Source: the human T2T-CHM13v2.0 reference genome, Homo sapiens
Assembly (NCBI RefSeq): GCF_009914755.1
Contig: NC_060947.1
Length of the DNA stretch: 64,000 nt
Direction: 5' to 3' (one strand)
Of this stretch, positions 1 to 13,606 are shown piece after piece; position 1 is the stretch's first letter; each line of letters begins with the position of its first letter. The notes beneath the pieces were generated by a model. The model was not told the DNA's origin. It was given only the letters and a program-made list of their open reading frames with translations, and searched no databases. Position numbers and translations under genes: made by a program.

Positions 1-849
1 TGTATTTCTTACAAGGGATCTTCTTCAATTGAGGGAATTGACTAAGCGTGTCTGAAGTCCATTGAACAAGCAGTCAAGAAGGGAAGATCAAACTCAGGAT
101 GAAATTCCATAGGCATGGGTTGAAGTTTTTGGTCCATAGATGGCAGTTGGAAAGAAAGTTCTAGAGTAAGGGAGAAATTCTAGACTCAGTGTCTAAAATC
201 TCACTCATACAGGAGATCTATGAAAACCTTTAAATATTTCAGACTGATTAAGTAAATTCTACCCTGGATAATCTCTCTCTTGATGAATTTAAAGTCAATA
301 GATTAAAGTCAAAATATTAAGAATATTAATCACCCTACAAAAAATTTGTGATTGAAAAATCCATACCTAGCAACAGCTAGATTAATGTTTGATGGAAGAA
401 CTGAAGTTATGTGTTTGCTAAGAAACAGCCATTGCCTTCCCTTAGTTCTCCAAATCTCCTAAAGAAAAATCCCTTGTCATCTTCCCGAAACAAAATCAAA
501 CTAGAATGGAAATTATTGAAATTGTAGTTCAGCTTAGCCAAGCTGATACATCAAAAAGTCAGAAAAGCTACTTAACCCTTGGCCTCTGAAGATATGCCAT
601 GTCTTTTTTGCTGCAATTTATTGGTCAAGTAAGTGTCAGGACCAGATTATATTAAAATGGAGCTATACTAGGCTTTATATCATGATGAAAGTTGTGAAAA
701 TGTATCAGTAGCCATTTTTAATTTGCCGTATTCTGCTCTTTGATTATAAATTATTTATATCCCACCACATCCAATGTATACTCACCACTCCCAAACTCCC
801 TTCCCTCAAATACACACTGTATTATTCTATTTATGTAAAATATAAGAAT

Positions 850-1047
850 AGATGAGACTAATCTATGATAATGCTTCTCAGGGAGAACTTGACTGGAAAG
901 ATGTGTAAAGAAACTTCCTGAGGTATGGGAATGTTTTATAACTGACCTTGAGAGGGGGTTACACAAATATAAACAATTGTCAAAATTTATCTGAATAAAC
1001 AAATAAACCTTTATAGATTTTATTTTAGGTAAATTTTATCTCAATAA
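850..1047 (+). mobile_element. old L1M (L1MC/ME-type) 3' end fragment
   Basis: gggagaacttgactggaaag...aaacttcctgaggtatgggaatgtttt...aaattttatctcaataa resembles old L1M 3'UTR ends. Confidence 0.55.
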
Positions 1048-1084
1048 CATGCTTTTTAATATATCAAATTCTAAGGAACTAACG

Positions 1085-1625
1085 AAAGTTGGATTAAACA
1101 CAGTTGAATAGAAATTTGTAAACCTAAAGATAGATCTGAATAAATAGTCAGAATGTAGTACAGAAAGTCAAAGAATTGGAAAATATGAGAGGATAATACA
1201 AGTGGAAGATAGAATGAAAAGGTCTAAAATATATCTAATCAGAGTCTCAAAATGAGAAAACTGAGAGGATGAATGAGAACCAATCTATAAAAATACTACG
1301 GTTGAGGATTTTTCAGAAATTATGAGAGAGATGAACAACCTAAATTTCAAAAGAACAAGGATTTTTGTCTATTAATTTATTACATTACTGTCAGTATGTA
1401 GAACCCTTCCAGGCATAAATTAGATGTGTAATAAATATTAATAAATATTTGCAGAATAAATGACTAAAGCCTCAGAAATAAGAGGAAATGTAAACACACA
1501 AAAAAAATAAATTCACTTATAAGCTCATTGTAGTAAAGCTATTGAAGTTCTAAGATAAAGATAAGATTTTGAAAGTAGCTACAATAAAAAGATAAATAAA
1601 ATACAATTATACTATATTCCTATAA
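1085..1625 (+). mobile_element. degenerate L1M ORF1 fragment, interrupted by an L2 3' end (~1350-1465)
   Basis: A-rich ORF1-like text (gatagaatgaaaaggtctaaaatatatctaatcagagtc); L2-like tail ...aataaatatttgcagaataaatga. Confidence 0.5.
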
Positions 1626-1738
1626 AAATCTACAGAAAGATTTCAAAAATACTAAAATATAGCCTGCAGAATGTTCTTCTTTGGTTAACACTATCTAAGA
1701 GAAGGTAGCTTGGTTTTATCAATATTAAATTTTTTGGA

Positions 1739-1744
<6 letters not shown>

Positions 1745-1789
<45 letters not shown>
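1745..1789. repeat. (TA)n microsatellite
   Basis: Pure AT dinucleotide run of about 45 bp. Confidence 0.97.
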
Positions 1790-1792
<3 letters not shown>

Positions 1793-2139
1793 GAGGTTGT
1801 TTTTAGAACTAAGAGAGACAATATTTAGCAACTGTTGCTAAAAACTATATTAATTGGTTGGTAAAAGAGAAATAATATCTAAAGCATTTTACGTCTTAAG
1901 AAGAAAGATTTTTACACATAAATAGAGATTTCACTGTTTTAAATTTAGGTTTTGAGATTGATTTGTAACAAACTGTAAAATTTCTGATTTTAAAGAATGG
2001 TTTTCAATTAGTATTTTTACATAGAACATCTGACATGCAGGATCAAATTACTGACATTAAGAAAGAGATGCTTGTTTTTGCAAACCAAATCAATGACACA
2101 TAGACAGGATAAAACAACGGACCAGCCTGAACACCACAG

Positions 2140-2835
2140 GAATAAATGTGATTAGAAAAATGTGCTAGATTTCATTATTAATCAGAGAAATGTATATTAA
2201 ATCTAGGAAGTTATACCATTTTACGTTCATTAATTTGGCAAACATTAAAGAAATGTTAGCAAGAATGTGGATCAGTGGGAACTCCAATGTTATATTGTGC
2301 TCATAATAGTTTAAACAAGCAAATTTACTTTGGAAAACAATTGGTATTTTTTTTAAGTTGAATATTGATATTGTTTTTGATCCAGCAATTCTACTATAAG
2401 GTATTCATAACATAAAAGACTACACATTGGGTACAGTGTACCCTGTTCCAGTGATGGGTACATCAATATCTCAGAAGACACCACTAAATAACTTGTCCAT
2501 GAGACTCAACAACACCTGTTCCCCCAAAACCAATTTAAATAAAAATTAAAAAAGATTACACTGGGAGATATTTCTTCAACATTTCTAGAATACAATGTAT
2601 ATGGCAACAATTTTGTAATAGCAAAAACATAGACTAATATAAAGGTTGTAGTAGTATAATGGATATATATGCATTGGCATATTCACCCTACATAATATTA
2701 TCCAACTGTGATACTTGAGGAACTACAACTATATTTTACAACTATGATAAATATTAAAGACATAATTTCTGCTTCAAAAAGCAAAACACAGAAGACAACT
2801 TCTATCATGCAATGTTCATAACTCAAAACAAGCAT
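2140..2835 (+). mobile_element. old L1M 3' region with a nested short L1PB/L1MA 3' end (~2408-2553)
   Basis: Nested piece tacacattgggtacagtgta...cacctgttcccccaaaac plus A-tail is a typical L1PB4/L1MA1 terminus. Confidence 0.6.
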
Positions 2836-2839
2836 AAGT

Positions 2840-5800
2840 GAGCGATGTCAGCAAGATGGTGAATTAGGAAGAGCCAAGTGCTCACTACCCTGTGGAAACA
2901 CCAAGTACACAACATATGGACCAAAGTAGGTTTATGACAACTCTGGAAATCAGTTAAGAAGCTGCAGCATCTAAGAGAACCCTAAGCCAAGAAAAAGCCA
3001 CACTCAAAATGGTGATATGTTTTGTGGCATTTTTTCTTGCCCATGTCCCTACCCCCTCCCTGTTGTGTTGTGGCATAGTTGGGAGGAAGCCTCCTTAATT
3101 CCTAGTTTCTCAATACAGAAGAAAAACAGTAAAACTTGTTCACAATAATGTGGCTTGTCTTGGGCCTACCCAAGGTAATGGTTTCTGTCTTGTCTTAACT
3201 GGAGCGCTGATGGGGACAGTGGCATAGATGTAATATCAGATTGTAAGGTACTGAAAACAATAGTGGGCACAGTGGTGTGTGAAAACTACAGGAAAACTGC
3301 AGACTTGTGGATGCCTGAGGGCAAGAGATTACAAACAGAATAATAGAACATCTAAGGACCAGAGAAGAAACAGAGATGAGGCTTTTAAAGGAATGAAGAT
3401 ATTTGAAATCAGCCATGTACATGGGGAATTGGGTAATAGAGCACAGGCACAGGCCCCATGAACATGTATCCTCAGAAAAGGCCAGAGAAGATCTTGAGCT
3501 TTCATGCAGGAGTGGTTAGTGAAGGTGTCTTCTCTACAGAGTTAATCTACAAGCACTGTAAGAAGTGATTGTTTTTTCAAATCCAATTTTCAACAAAAGA
3601 TCACAATGCATAAAAGACACAGGAAATGATGTCCCATTTCAAATAACAAACTAAATCTTCAGAAACCATCCGTAAGTAAACAGTCTTAGAAGTTACTTGA
3701 TAAAGTTTTTAAAACAAATGTCTTAAATATGCTCAAAAAGCTAAAGGAGAACACAGACTAAGCATTAAGGAACTTAGAAAAATAATACCTTAGCATTATA
3801 AAAATTTTAATAAAAATATATAAATTAATAAAAAGAATCAAATGAATATTCTGGAGCTGTAAAATTTAATAACTGAATTGAAAAATACACTAGAGAAACT
3901 CAACAGCAGACCTGAACAGGTAAAAGAAATAATCAGCACACATGAAGACAGATCATTTAAAAGTATGGATCTGAGGAGAAGAAAGAAAAAATAAGGAAGT
4001 AAACAGAGTAAGGGACTTATGGGACATCATCAAGTAGATTAATACATGCATTATCAAAGTCTCAGAAGAAGATACAAAGAAAGGGAAAGAGAGGTTATTT
4101 GATGGAATAATTACCACGATCTCCCAAATTTGGAGAAAGACATACAAATTTAAGAGGCTAAAAAACTCAAAACGTGAAAAGTTCAAAGACACCCACACTA
4201 AGAGAGATACTAATAAAAGAGTTGAATGTCAAAGAAGAAGAGAGAATCTTTAAAGCAAATAGAGACAAGTTTTCCTCAGTAGGATTATCAGTAGATTTCT
4301 CAGCAGAAATATTTTAGGCTAGGAGGAAATTGGATTATATTTTTAAAGTACTGATATTAAGAACAAAAAAAGTCAAAGGACAATTCTGTATCTCAAAAAA
4401 CTGTCCATCATAATTGAGGGAGAAATTAAGACATTCCTAGATAAACAAAGAATAACATTCATTCATTCATTATCATTAGATCTACTCTACAATGAATGCT
4501 AAAGGGAATCCTTCAAGTTGGAATGAAAGGACACTAGAGGATAACTTGAAGCAATACAAAAATATAAAGTAACCCACTAAACATAAATAGATGAACAATA
4601 TAAAAACCTATATTATTAAGATTTTGGTTTATAACTTCACTTTTTTTTAATAGAATTTAAAACACAAGCTAAGAAACATTTATGAATCTATGTTAATTGG
4701 TATACAATCTATAAAGATGTAATTTGTGACATCAATAACAAAATGGAAAGTGGAGTGGTAAACAAGTAGAGATTCTGTATGAAATTAAAGTTAAGTTGTT
4801 ATGTTTAAAATTGACTGTTATAACTTAAATATTTTATGTAATATCTATGTTAAAAACAAAGAATAGAAAATTTTTACAAAGAAAATATACACAAAGGAAA
4901 ATAAGAAGGGAATCAAAATGTGGCGCTACAAAAATGAACTAAACATTCACAAAAACAGTAAGGGAGGAAGTGAAGGAGAAAAAAACCATAAGACATGCAG
5001 AAAACCATTACCAAATGGCATTAGTAAGTCTTTTTCTATTAGTAATTATTTTACATGTAAGTACTTTCCTATTAGTAATTACATTACATGTACATTAAAC
5101 ATGAATGTAAATTACTTTCAATGCCAATCAAAAGACAGATTGCCAGAATGGAAAATAAACAAAAACCCGGAATCCATTCCACTATGCTGTCTACAGGAGA
5201 TTCACTTTAGGTCTAAGGACTTACCTCAGGGCAAGTGAAAAGATCGAAAAATATATTCCAGACAATGTACTGTGGCTTATGCCTGTAATTCCAGCACTTT
5301 GCAAGGCCAAGGCAAGAGGATCACTTGAGGCCAGGCCAGGAGTTAGAGAGCAGCCTGAGCAACACAGTGAGACACTGTCTCTAAAAAACAAACAACAGCA
5401 ACAAAAAGCCAGACATGGTGGAAAAAGCCTATAATCCCAGCTACATATGAGGCTGAGATACGGAGAGTGCTTGAGCCTTGGAGTTCGAGGTTACAGTGAG
5501 TTACGATCATGGCACTACACTATAGCCTGGGTGACAGGGTGAGATCATGTTTCTGAAAAAGAAAAAAAAAACAGAGAGAAAAAAATATTCCATTGAATAA
5601 ATAGTGGAGAAAGAAAACCAGGGTGGCTATAATAATAGCAGACAAAATAGGCTTTAAGTCACAAACTTTTATGAGACAAAGAAGGACATTAAATCATGAT
5701 AAATGAATCATTCCACCTAGAAAATATAACAATTATTATCATATGCACCAAATATCATAACTCCAAAATATGTGACGCAAATATTGACAGAATCAAACAG

Positions 5801-5930
5801 AGAAATAGGAATAGGAGGAGACTTCAATACTTCACTTTCAATAATAGAAAATGAGACAGAAGATCAATAAGAAAAGGGAGGACTTAAATATCACTACAAC
5901 AATTGGATGTAAAAGATATATATGGAAACC
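2840..5930 (+). mobile_element. old L1M element: 5'UTR, ORF1, long inter-ORF spacer and start of ORF2 endonuclease
   Basis: 5' motif gtcagcaagatgg; ORF1-like 3590-4510; ORF2 EN motif CCLQEIHF in ORF 4918..5238. Confidence 0.8.
5261..5580 (+). mobile_element. AluJ inside L1M ORF2
   Basis: Diverged dimeric Alu with A-tail; TSD-like aaaaatatattcca / aaaaatattcca on each side. Confidence 0.9.
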
Positions 5931-5934
5931 TCTA

Positions 5935-6773
5935 GGTGGCTGGCAAGATGGCCAAATAGTAACAGCTCTGGTCTGCAGCTCCCAGTAAGATCAATGCAGA
6001 AGGTGGGTAATTTCTGCATTTCCAACTGAGGTAGCAGGCTCATCTCATTGGGACTGGTTAGACAGTGGGTGCAGCCCACAGAGGGTGAGCTGAAGCAGGG
6101 TGGGACGTTACCTCACCCAGGAAGTGCAAGGGGTCAGGGAACTCCCTCCTCTAACCAAGGAAGGCTGTGAGGGACTGTGCCGTGAGGAACAGCGCACTCC
6201 AGCCCAGATACTATGCTTTTCCCATGGTCTTCGCAACCTGCAGACTAGGAGATTCCCTCTGGTGCTTATGCCACCAGGGCCCTGGGTTTCAAGCACAAAA
6301 CTGGGCAGCCACTTGGGCAGAAACCAATCTAGCTGCAGGAGTTGTTTTTTCCTTCATAGCGCAGTGGTGCCTGGAACGCCAGCTAGACAGAACCATTCAC
6401 TCCCCTGGAAAGGGGGCTGAAGCCAGGGAGCCAAGTGGTCTAGCTCAGCAGATCCCACCCCCGTGGAGCCCGGCAAGCTAAGATCCACTGGGTTGAAATT
6501 CTTGCTGCCTGCACAGCAGTCTGAAGTCCACTTGGGATGCTCGAGCTTAGTGGAGGGAGGGGCATATGACATTACTGAGGCTTGAGTAGGCTGTTTTCCC
6601 CTCACAGTGTAAACAAAGCCACTGGGAAGATCAAACTGGGTGGAGCCCACCACAGCTTGGCAAAGCCACTGTAGCCAGACTGCCTCTCTAGATTCTTCCT
6701 CTCTGGGCAGGGCATCTATGAAAGAAAGGCATCAGCCCCAGTCAGGGGCTTATAGATAAAACTCCCAACTCCC
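5935..6773 (+). mobile_element. L1PA7-type 5'UTR, 5' part, broken at the left inversion breakpoint
   Basis: ggtggctggcaagatggccaaatagtaacagctctggtctgcagctcccag...; stops at gataaaactcccaactccc. Confidence 0.9.
5944..5953 (+). promoter_or_regulatory. YY1 motif at the start of the L1 5'UTR internal promoter
   Basis: caagatggcc at the canonical position; activity not shown. Confidence 0.6.
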
Positions 6774-8352
6774 CAATGTTATTCTTATCAAACTACCAAT
6801 AACATTCTTTATAGAAGTAGTAAAAAAACTATTAATTCAACATTGAACCAAAAAGAGCTTGAACAGCCAAGACAATTTTAAGCAAAAAGAACAAAACAGG
6901 AAGCATCATGTTACCTGACTTCAAACTATGTGACAGGACTATGGTAAGCAAAAGAACATGGATACTCGTACAAAAACAGACACATAGACCAACGGAACAG
7001 AATATAGAGCTTAGAAATAAGGCCGCATACCTACAACCATCTAATTGTCAATAAAATTGACTTTATAAAACAACAATGGAGAAAAGATTCCCTATTCAAT
7101 AAATAGTGCTGGGATAACTGGCTAACCATATGCAGAAGATTGAAACTGGACGCCTTCCTTATACCATATACAAAAATCAACTAAAGATAGATTAAAGACC
7201 TACATGTTAAACCCAAAACTATAAATCCCTGGAAGACAACCTAGGCAACACCATTCAGGACATATAAACAAGCAAGGATTTTAAGACAAAGATTCCAAAA
7301 GTAATTGCAACAAAAGCAGAAATGACAAATAGGTTCTAATTAAACGAAAGAACTTCTGTACAGCAAAAACAAACAAACAAACAAACAAACAAAAACCAAT
7401 GAGTAGAAGAAACAGATGACCAACAGAATGGGAGAAAATTTTTGCAATCTATACATCTGAAAAATGTCTAATATCCACCATCTATAAGGAATTTAGACAA
7501 ATTCACAAGAAAGAAACCAACAACCTCATTAAACAGTGGACAAAGGACTTGAACACTTTTTTAAAGAAGACATACATGTGGCCAAAGAAGCATATGAAAG
7601 AAACTCAATATCACTAATCATTAGAGAGTTGCAAATCAAAACCACAATGAGATACCATCTCACACCAGTCAGAATGGCTATTACTAAAATATCAAAAAAT
7701 AACAGATGCTTGTGAGGTTGCAGAGAAAAGGGAATGCTTATACACCATTGGTGGGAGTGTAAATCAGTTCAACCCTTGTGGAAGACAATGTGGTGATTCC
7801 TCAAGGACATAAAGACAGAAATACCATTTGACCCAGCCCATTACTGGATATATATCCAAAGGAATAGAAATTGTTCTGTCATAGGGACACATGCACACAT
7901 ATGTTGATTGCAGCACTATTCACAAAAGCAAAGAAGTGGATTAAATCTAAATGCTAATCAATGGTAGACTGGATAAAGAAAATGTAGTACTTATATACCC
8001 TGGAATACTATGCAGCCAAAAAAAAGAGTGAGTTCATGTCCCTTGCAGGAACATGGATGAAGCTGGAGGCCATTATCCTCAGAAAACTTATGCAGTAACA
8101 GAAAACCAAACACTACATGTTCTCCCTTATAAGTGGAAGCTAAATGGTGAGAACACATGGACACAGAGAGAGGAACAACAGACACTGGTGCATACCTGAT
8201 CGGGGAGGATGGGAGAAGGCAGAGGATCAGATAAAATAACTACTTGGTACTAGTATTAATACCTGGATAACAAAGTAATCTGTACAACCAATATGAGTTT
8301 ACCTATATAACAAACCTGTGCATGTACCACTGAACCTAAAATAAAAGTTTTT
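6774..8352 (+). mobile_element. older L1PA (L1PA13-15-like) ORF2 C-terminus and 3'UTR
   Basis: ORF2 3' sequence; 3'UTR ends ...acaaacctgtgcatgtaccactgaacctaaaataaaagtt; (AAAC)n at ~7367-7395. Confidence 0.9.
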
Positions 8353-8360
8353 CTAAGAAT

Positions 8361-8445
8361 GAATATTTTGTTCCTAATGTGGAACCCGTAACTATATAGT
8401 CTTAGGGACATCATATCACTTTTCCTGGCCTCATCTATTAAACAC
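8361..8445 (+). mobile_element. MIR 3' half (5' half is at 28669-28715 on the minus strand)
   Basis: gttcctaatg...actatatagtcttagggacatcatatcacttttcctggcctcatctattaaa resembles the MIR core. Confidence 0.5.
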
Positions 8446-8570
8446 CATTACACATCTATTCATATCAAACATTATAGAATGTTATGAATGTGAATTATTT
8501 CCCATTAGGTAAAGATTTTGGAGTTCTTATAAAGAAAGGGAGGAGATATATAAGAACAAAAACTACTTTT

Positions 8571-8889
8571 ATTGTATTTATACTTTTAATTTTGTTTCAA
8601 GACAGGGTCTTGCTCTGTTATCCACGCTGGAGTTCAGTGGTACATTAGTAGCTCACTGCAATGTCAAGCTCCTGGGCTCTCAGCAGTACTTCCACTACTT
8701 CCACCTCAGCTCCACAAGTAGTTAGGACTATACTCATGCACCACCATGCGTGGCTATTCTTTTTTTACTTTTTGTAGATATAGGGTCTTGCCTTTTGTAG
8801 AGGCTTGTCTTAAATGTGAGCCTCAAGCAAACCTCCCATCTTGGCCTCCCTAGTGCTGGGATTACAGAAGTGAGGCATCGTGTTTGGCC
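8571..8889 (-). mobile_element. AluJ
   Basis: Antisense Alu; TSD aagaacaaaaactactttt (8552-8570) / aagaacaaggactactttt (8892-8910). Confidence 0.9.
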
Positions 8890-9187
8890 CCAAGAACAAG
8901 GACTACTTTTAAAATAACATGAGAGAAAAAATAAAACAGCCTGACAAAGCTTTAGTTGAAAATCGAATTTTTATAAATTCTATTCTTCTATTTTTCTGAA
9001 CTTCTATAACATTTCTCATCATAATTTGTAATGGGAGGGAGCATTATTGAGAGAATGAAAAAACACCTGTGTGACTAGTGCTCAGAAAAAAAGAAAGTAT
9101 GTATAAAAGACAAGGCTGGAGAAATAGAGAGGGATAAATCAAACAAGGGGTTGGGAGCCATGCTAAAGATATTGTTCTTTAGCCTAA

Positions 9188-9526
<339 letters not shown>

Positions 9527-9571
9527 TAATTGAGAAGTTTGAACCAGAAAAATAAAATGATCAGACTTGTA

Positions 9572-9631
9572 TTAGGTTGGTCACCATTACTTTTAATGGC
9601 AAAAACCGCGATCACTTTTACACCAACCTAG
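9572..9631. mobile_element. MADE1 (Hsmar1-derived MITE) with the left arm internally deleted
   Basis: ttaggttggt-caccattacttttaatggcaaaaaccgcgatcacttttacaccaacctag flanked by TA (9570-71, 9632-33). Confidence 0.9.
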
Positions 9632-9875
9632 TATTTTATGAAGCTCACTCTGTTTGCAGTGTGGAAAGTTGATTTGCAGTGGACAAAAAGCAGATATAGT
9701 AAAACTAATGAGAAAATTACAACAGTAGTTCAGGTAGGAGATGATAGGGAATTTGTCTTAGATGTTATTAATTGAAATGATACAAAGTGGGCCAAATCGT
9801 AGTTTCTTTAAATCCAGGGAGTTAGTAATGGAATATAGGAGAAATACAAAGAGATACATGAAATATCAATGTTCT

Positions 9876-10217
<342 letters not shown>

Positions 10218-10369
10218 TTATGTGTATTATTTTATAAATTAAAATAGAACAATACATAGAACAATGGTGACAAGTTTTCATGAAGCAAAGATTGTGACTA
10301 ATCTTACACTAAGCAACTGACACCCATAAGAAATAAGAAAGGAAACACAAAAAACTTTACTAAATAGAA

Positions 10370-12115
10370 AATGTGAATTTAATTGACAAACATGTCCTAA
10401 TGTAACAGTAGTTTCAATGCATGTAAATGGATTATAGTGATTAATGAAGCAAAGCAAATATACAGTTTTGAAAAAAAGAGAAAGAATAACCAGATGTTCT
10501 TTTAAAGGACACAGAATAATCAGAAATAGAGGAGAAGAAAAAGAAATACTAAGCAGTATGAATCAAAGAAAGCTAGGAGTGAGGCAGATATAATTTAGGG
10601 AAAAATAATGTTATGTTATGGTAAAAGGGACCATTGCACAAGGAGATATAACTATTATAAATATATATTCCTAACAGTGCCAACTCTAAATGTGTTAATT
10701 AAAAAGAGACAGAACTTTAAGGAAACATAGATAAACAATTTTAATTAGAGACTTTAACACACTCTTCTAGAGAACCAAAAATAAAGATTTTTTAATATAT
10801 GCTCTCTGTGTGTTCACACATATAACTGTACAAACAACTGAAAATTATTTTCAATCACACATAGAACATTTAAAATAATAGACCATATATTTTGTCATAT
10901 GGAAAGTCTGTAAATTCCAAAAGATCAGTAAAATGAAATAACATTGGACATCAATAGTAATGAAAGAATAGCTTAAAATCAGAAGTTAGAAAATAAAATA
11001 ACATATTTATAAATAGCCCATAGTTTTAAAAAAGAATCACAAAAAATTACAATAAAGAAATTTTTAGGTGAGTGATAAGACACCGATTGTCAGAAATTGT
11101 GGTTCACAGAGAAGCAATAATTAGTGGAGAATGTGTACTCTTTGTGTTTTATAAACAAATAAGGATAATTTTTAAATTACTAAGAATTTAGTTCAATATT
11201 TTGGAAACATTGAAACTAAAACCAATGAAACTAATAGAATAAAAATGATAATGGGCAGAAATAATAGTAATAGTAATAATGATAATAAAACTCAGAAACA
11301 ACTTTCTTCAAATTACAATATTTTCTTAAAAGGAGTAACAAAATTGTTAGACTTCTCTCAAAAATGTTTAATAAACTAGAAAAAAATACAAAAATAAATA
11401 CAATCATAAAAAAAGAAAATAGCTACAGACCTAACAGAATTCTAATAAATAATAAGGAACAAAATTAGCGACTATAACATCAATTTGAAAACCTAGATTA
11501 AATGAATACATTTACAAAATAATATAAAACAACAAAACTGGAAGAAGAAAAAAGGGACTTAAGTATATCTAGAAGCATCAAAAAATAGAAATAGTAGTCA
11601 AAACCTTTGTTCCTCAACTCACATGCCCAATGATTTTACAAGTGAGTTCTATCCAACTTTCAAGTAACAGTTAATCTATATTTTAACATATTTTCCTGAA
11701 AATACTTTAAAAAACTGTACTTTCTCAGCTCTTTTCATAATGCAAGTGTAGTATTTATTCCTTAAACAGATGTGAACAATTCAAGATTGAAAGCATATTG
11801 AACAGTTAACTTATGAAAGTAAATGCAATTAGCCAGGCTTCATGGCACGTGCCTATAGTCTCAGCTACTCAGGAGGCTGAGGCAGGAGGGTCCCTTGAGC
11901 CCAGGAGCTCCAAGCTGCAGTGAGTTATAATCCCACCACTGTACTCCAGTCTGGGTAACAGAGCAAGACCCTCTCTCTAAAAACTAAATAATTAATTAAA
12001 AATAAAAAATAAAGTAAATGCAAACATTCAAAAACCTACTGAATCATAAAATATATTTTAAAAACTTTATGATTAATTATCCTAAACGCAAGGATATAGC
12101 TACAGTAGAAAATTA
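10370..12115 (+). mobile_element. highly diverged L1M ORF2 remnant
   Basis: A-rich ORF2-like motifs (gagactttaacacactctt, gaaaacctagattaaatg, gagttctatccaactttcaag). Confidence 0.65.
11831..12010 (+). mobile_element. FRAM/FAM Alu monomer
   Basis: Single right-arm-like monomer with A-rich tail; TSD aaagtaaatgcaa (11816-11828 / 12011-12023). Confidence 0.85.
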
Positions 12116-12124
12116 ATAAATGTT

Positions 12125-12292
12125 GAGGATGGCAGAATAACAAAATAGGCTACCCTGGGCCTCCAGCAGAATGCAACCACTATTCTGAACTGCTTTTGCT
12201 CAGATTGTTATTGGAGAGAAAACAAAGCTTCTGTCTTGTTAAGCCACTACATTTTTGTTGTTTGTTATGGAATCTAAACCTGTACCCTAACA
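12125..12292 (+). mobile_element. MLT1 (MaLR) LTR 3' fragment
   Basis: gagagaaaacaaagcttctgtcttgttaagccactac...tttgttatggaatctaaacc. Confidence 0.55.
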
Positions 12293-12424
12293 ATAGCACC
12301 ACTGTCTCCCAAATTCTGTTTAAACTGTCCTCATTGCCAGCTGGCTGAAAAGTGACACAGTACCAAAATCCCATTTTAGAGTTTGCTTCCTAGGCTTACA
12401 CCTGCCACCAATTATGTTAATTAT

Positions 12425-12838
12425 TTTCCCTAGCAGACTGAGATGGGAATTAGCAAGCGGAAAATGTATTGAAAAGTGTTTCACTTGTAGTGAATTGAGA
12501 TATCCAGGATTGAGTAGTGGGAGAAACTTAGCACAATTCCCTCATAACTAAGTTCTCAACTGATATTCAGGTAGTGTATTCAAGAGATAGTAACTCTGGA
12601 GGTGGGATGGCCCTTCAGGGTTGCTCCAGTTGAAACAAAGGCCTGGGCTTTTGTGTCCCTGCATTGGCCAGTCATTTACTGCAGACTGCTTCCTTATAGA
12701 AGGTATAATTTTAAGTGAAGCAATTCTCTAAGGGCAATTGCAATTTCCCATGAGAAATGCAGCTGTGGCAAGCAGGTAGGGGATGGATGCAGCAGGCCTG
12801 AAGAGGGAATCTGCTCAGGGGATCATAATATTCACTGT
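12425..12838 (-). mobile_element. ERVL LTR (LTR16/LTR33-like)
   Basis: gcagactgagatgggaattagc...ggtgggatggcccttcagggttgc...gcattggccagtcatt. Confidence 0.55.
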
Positions 12839-13084
12839 AATGCTCTATCATAATACCAGGCTTCCATTTAATTATCTTCTCAACTACAAAATATCTTACT
12901 TTGCTGGTGCAGAATTTAAAATGACCTGCAGAATTTAACGGGATCTTTTGCTTTTAAACTTGTAAAAAAATCAAGTTCACTTATAATAAGATAAATGTAA
13001 AAGAAATTACAATGGGATATTTTCAGAACTTTTGATAACCTACGGCATTGGGTAGTATGTAGAGGTAAATTTACTCTAATATTC

Positions 13085-13506
13085 TGTGGAGGCTAAAGCA
13101 ACTCCATCTTGGAAATAATTTTACCATGTTGGCTTCTGATTAACCCCTGTTCTTGGAAGGGCTCTAAGATTTTCAAGTTATCTATTGTTTCTTGTGTAGG
13201 AGTGGAAACTTAACCGTAAATCCTGCCCTTAGGCCAAACAACCTTGATGTTATCATACTTTAAATTGCCCTACACATGCTTTCTGAACCACCCCTCCCTT
13301 ATGGTATAAACCCTGGGTCTGGGGGGTAATGCTGCAGGAATCCCACCATCTTGTCTCTCTGTCACCCAAGACACAGACATAGCTTCTATTTGTAAGTCCC
13401 TATTAAATGTCTCTGTAAGAAATTGCATTTGTCATTCTCTTGCTTCAGCCTCTCAGCTTCCTCAAACTTTGGGGTATGTTTGCATAGAACTGCCTACCAT
13501 GAAACA
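13085..13506 (+). mobile_element. solo LTR (LTR47-like)
   Basis: TG...CA termini (tgtggaggctaaagcaactccatcttgg...gaaaca); TATA-like gtataaa; attaaa polyA signal. Confidence 0.75.
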
Positions 13507-13606
13507 TTATTTTGCTGGGACTATAAAATTTTACAGTTCTCTAGGCAGAATATCTGCATTGCTTTTACTCAGTAATTCATATAAAAATGTATTTAATAAC
13601 TAAGTC

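Noticed and set aside
5030-5115. Short tandem duplication (ctattagtaatta...ttacatgta, twice)
   Set aside because: Ordinary slippage at the start of an old L1 ORF2.
5935-8352. A single internally deleted or spliced L1
   Set aside because: The 5'UTR and 3'UTR belong to L1s of different age, and both missing partners are found at 26355-26357.
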